The notes under the pieces: model-generated
Databases searched by the model: none
The model's input: the letters and a program-made list of their open reading frames with translations, nothing else
Told to the model about the DNA's origin: nothing
DNA from: Nitrospinales bacterium
GTDB taxonomy: Bacteria > Nitrospinota > Nitrospinia > Nitrospinales > JAJDAT01
Reading direction: 5' to 3'
Length of the DNA: 30,385 nt
Assembly: GCA_046757665.1 (NCBI GenBank)
Contig: JBHHYO010000029.1
Coordinates: 1-30,385 of the forward strand
In this document: one piece after another, positions 28,518 through 30,385 of the stretch
How positions within the stretch are numbered: position 1 is the first letter of the stretch
How the letters are laid out: the number at the start of each line of letters is the position of its first letter
Translations under genes and position numbers: made by a program

Positions 28518-30385
28518 GTGACGAACAAGTGGTCCATTGAAAACTCTCTCGAACTTTATAATATTCCGGGTTGGGGATGCGGTTATTTCGATATCAACAA
28601 AAAGGGCCATCTTGTGGTGCGTCCGCAAATCGATAACAAACACACCATAGACCTCAAGGAACTGGTTGAGGATATCCAAAGGAAAGGGTACTCCCTGCCG
28701 GCGCTGATCCGCTTTTCGGACATTCTCAAATCCAGTATCGCCAATCTGGCCCATGCGTTTAAAAAAGCCGCGGAAGAATATGGTTACCAGGGGGAATACC
28801 ACGGCATTTATCCCATCAAGGTTAATCAACAGCGCCAGGTGGTGGAGGAAATCATTAAATTCGGCCGCAGTCACAACATCGGCCTGGAAGCCGGGTCCAA
28901 GCCTGAACTTCATGCCATTCTCGCCATCATGGATAACCCGGAAGCCTTGTTGGTGTGCAACGGTTATAAGGATGAGGCGTTTATCCGGCTGGCCCTGATG
29001 GGCAAAAAACTGGGCAAAAAAGTTTTTATCGTCGTTGAAAAACTTTCGGAAATGAAACTGATCGCCCGGGTCGCCAAGGAATTAAATGTGCGGCCCAATA
29101 TCGGACTGCGTATCAAACTGATCAGCGAGGGGTCCGGGCGCTGGGTCTCCTCCGCCGGGGAACAGTCCAAGTTCGGCCTGCGTTCCATCGAGTTGGTGCA
29201 AGCCCTGGAAATCGCCCGGGAAGAGGGCGTTTTCGATTGCATCAAGCTGATTCATTTCCACCTGGGAAGCCAGATCACCGATATCAGCAGGATCAAGAAC
29301 AGCTTGAAGGAAATCGGCAGATTTTATTCCGAGTTGATGAAAACAGGATGTGGTATCGAATACATCGACGTTGGCGGCGGCCTTGGCGTGGATTATGACG
29401 GGTCGCGGTCGACCTTTGCTTCCAGCACCAATTACACGGTGCAGGAATACGCCAACGATGTCGTTTATCATCTGCTGGAAATTTGCCGGTCGGAAAACCT
29501 GCCGCATCCGAACATTATTTCCGAATCCGGCCGCGCCTTGACCGCTTACCATTCCATCCTGGTGTTCAACGTGTTGGACGTGACTTCTTTCCCCGAATGG
29601 GACAGCAATATCAGCATCCAGGATGACGCCCCCGAGGTTGTTAAGGAAATTTATGATGTTCTGGTCCTGACCTCCAACAAAAATATTATCGAATCCTGGC
29701 ATGACGCCGTACACCTCAAGGACGAAGCGCAAAACCAGTTTTTGCTGGGCTTACTGTCCTTGCAGGACCGGGCCATGGCGGAAAGAATCTTTTGGGGCAT
29801 CTGCCGCAAAATCCAGGTCCTCTCGGCGCGCCTGAAATATCTTCCCGACGAACTCAAGTCCCTGGAAAAATACCTTGCGGACAAATATTTTTGCAACTTT
29901 TCGATTTTTCAATCGGTCCCGGATTCCTGGGCGATTGACCACATATTTCCCATCGTTCCCCTGCAACGGCTCAATGAGGAACCGACCCGGATGGCGACTC
30001 TGGAAGACATCACCTGTGATTCCGACGGGGTAATCAATACCTTTATCGGGAAGAACAAAACGGAAAACACCTTGCGGGTTCATCAGGTCTTGCCCGGCGA
30101 ATCTTACCGGTTCGGAATATTTCTGATCGGCGCCTACCAGGAAATCCTGGGCGACCTGCACAATTTGTTCGGCGATACCAATACCTTTCATATTTCCATC
30201 CGGGACGACGGCTCCTTGAAATACGAGCAGATTATCGAAGGCGAGGATGTGACGGACGTGCTCGATTACGTTCAGTTTCGGGCCGATGAACTGGCGGGAA
30301 GAATGGCCGGATTTTTAATCCACAGCGTTCACGATGGGGTCATCACTCAGGAGGAAGCTGACGGGTTCCTGAATTTGTACAAGGA
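28518..30385 (+). CDS. speA: Biosynthetic arginine decarboxylase, 3'-truncated by the window edge and absent from the ORF track
   Basis: GTG start with CAGGAG RBS; WSIENSLELYNIPGWGCGYFDIN, YPIKVNQ (PLP Lys), GLEAGSKPEL, HFHLGSQI, DVGGGLGVDYDG, DITCDSDG, GAYQEILGDLHNLFGDT. Confidence 0.96.
   Translation, partial: MTNKWSIENSLELYNIPGWGCGYFDINKKGHLVVRPQIDNKHTIDLKELVEDIQRKGYSLPALIRFSDILKSSIANLAHAFKKAAEEYGYQGEYHGIYPIKVNQQRQVVEEIIKFGRSHNIGLEAGSKPELHAILAIMDNPEALLVCNGYKDEAFIRLALMGKKLGKKVFIVVEKLSEMKLIARVAKELNVRPNIGLRIKLISEGSGRWVSSAGEQSKFGLRSIELVQALEIAREEGVFDCIKLIHFHLGSQITDISRIKNSLKEIGRFYSELMKTGCGIEYIDVGGGLGVDYDGSRSTFASSTNYTVQEYANDVVYHLLEICRSENLPHPNIISESGRALTAYHSILVFNVLDVTSFPEWDSNISIQDDAPEVVKEIYDVLVLTSNKNIIESWHDAVHLKDEAQNQFLLGLLSLQDRAMAERIFWGICRKIQVLSARLKYLPDELKSLEKYLADKYFCNFSIFQSVPDSWAIDHIFPIVPLQRLNEEPTRMATLEDITCDSDGVINTFIGKNKTENTLRVHQVLPGESYRFGIFLIGAYQEILGDLHNLFGDTNTFHISIRDDGSLKYEQIIEGEDVTDVLDYVQFRADELAGRMAGFLIHSVHDGVITQEEADGFLNLYK

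Overview
Gene-dense bacterial chromosomal window, mostly housekeeping. The gene content (xerC-hslV-hslU-argB-hrcA-grpE order, an EbdC/NxrC-like heme protein, a 27-aa LRR protein) suggests a Nitrospinota or Deltaproteobacteria-like organism; this is inference only. In order it holds: a vapBC-type toxin-antitoxin (TA) pair, a YqeG-like HAD phosphatase, xerC-hslVU-argB, hrcA-grpE-mutM, a second RelE/ParE-type TA pair, a B12-binding radical SAM gene, ilvD, an orphan EbdC/NxrC-like gene, an M16 peptidase, a GT2 glycosyltransferase, bpt/ate, an LRR protein, msrA-ald-dnaE, a redox/metal-looking operon, lysA and a 3'-truncated speA. No CRISPR array, rRNA, tRNA or transposase was seen. Two things stand out. 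(1) An apparent operon at 23883-26672 with its own sigma70 promoter: a six-Cys PCYCGC-like protein, a TlpA thioredoxin, a secreted membrane-anchored protein with an N-terminal HGGH, a cytochrome b with no Rieske or cytochrome c partner in the window and a degenerate Qo motif, and a glutaredoxin-like protein. (2) Two ~135-bp miniature elements with unrelated terminal inverted repeats that both carry doublets of the same 26-bp covarying REP-like hairpin. Two small membrane-protein ORFs (37 and 53 aa) are missed or mis-started in the ORF track.
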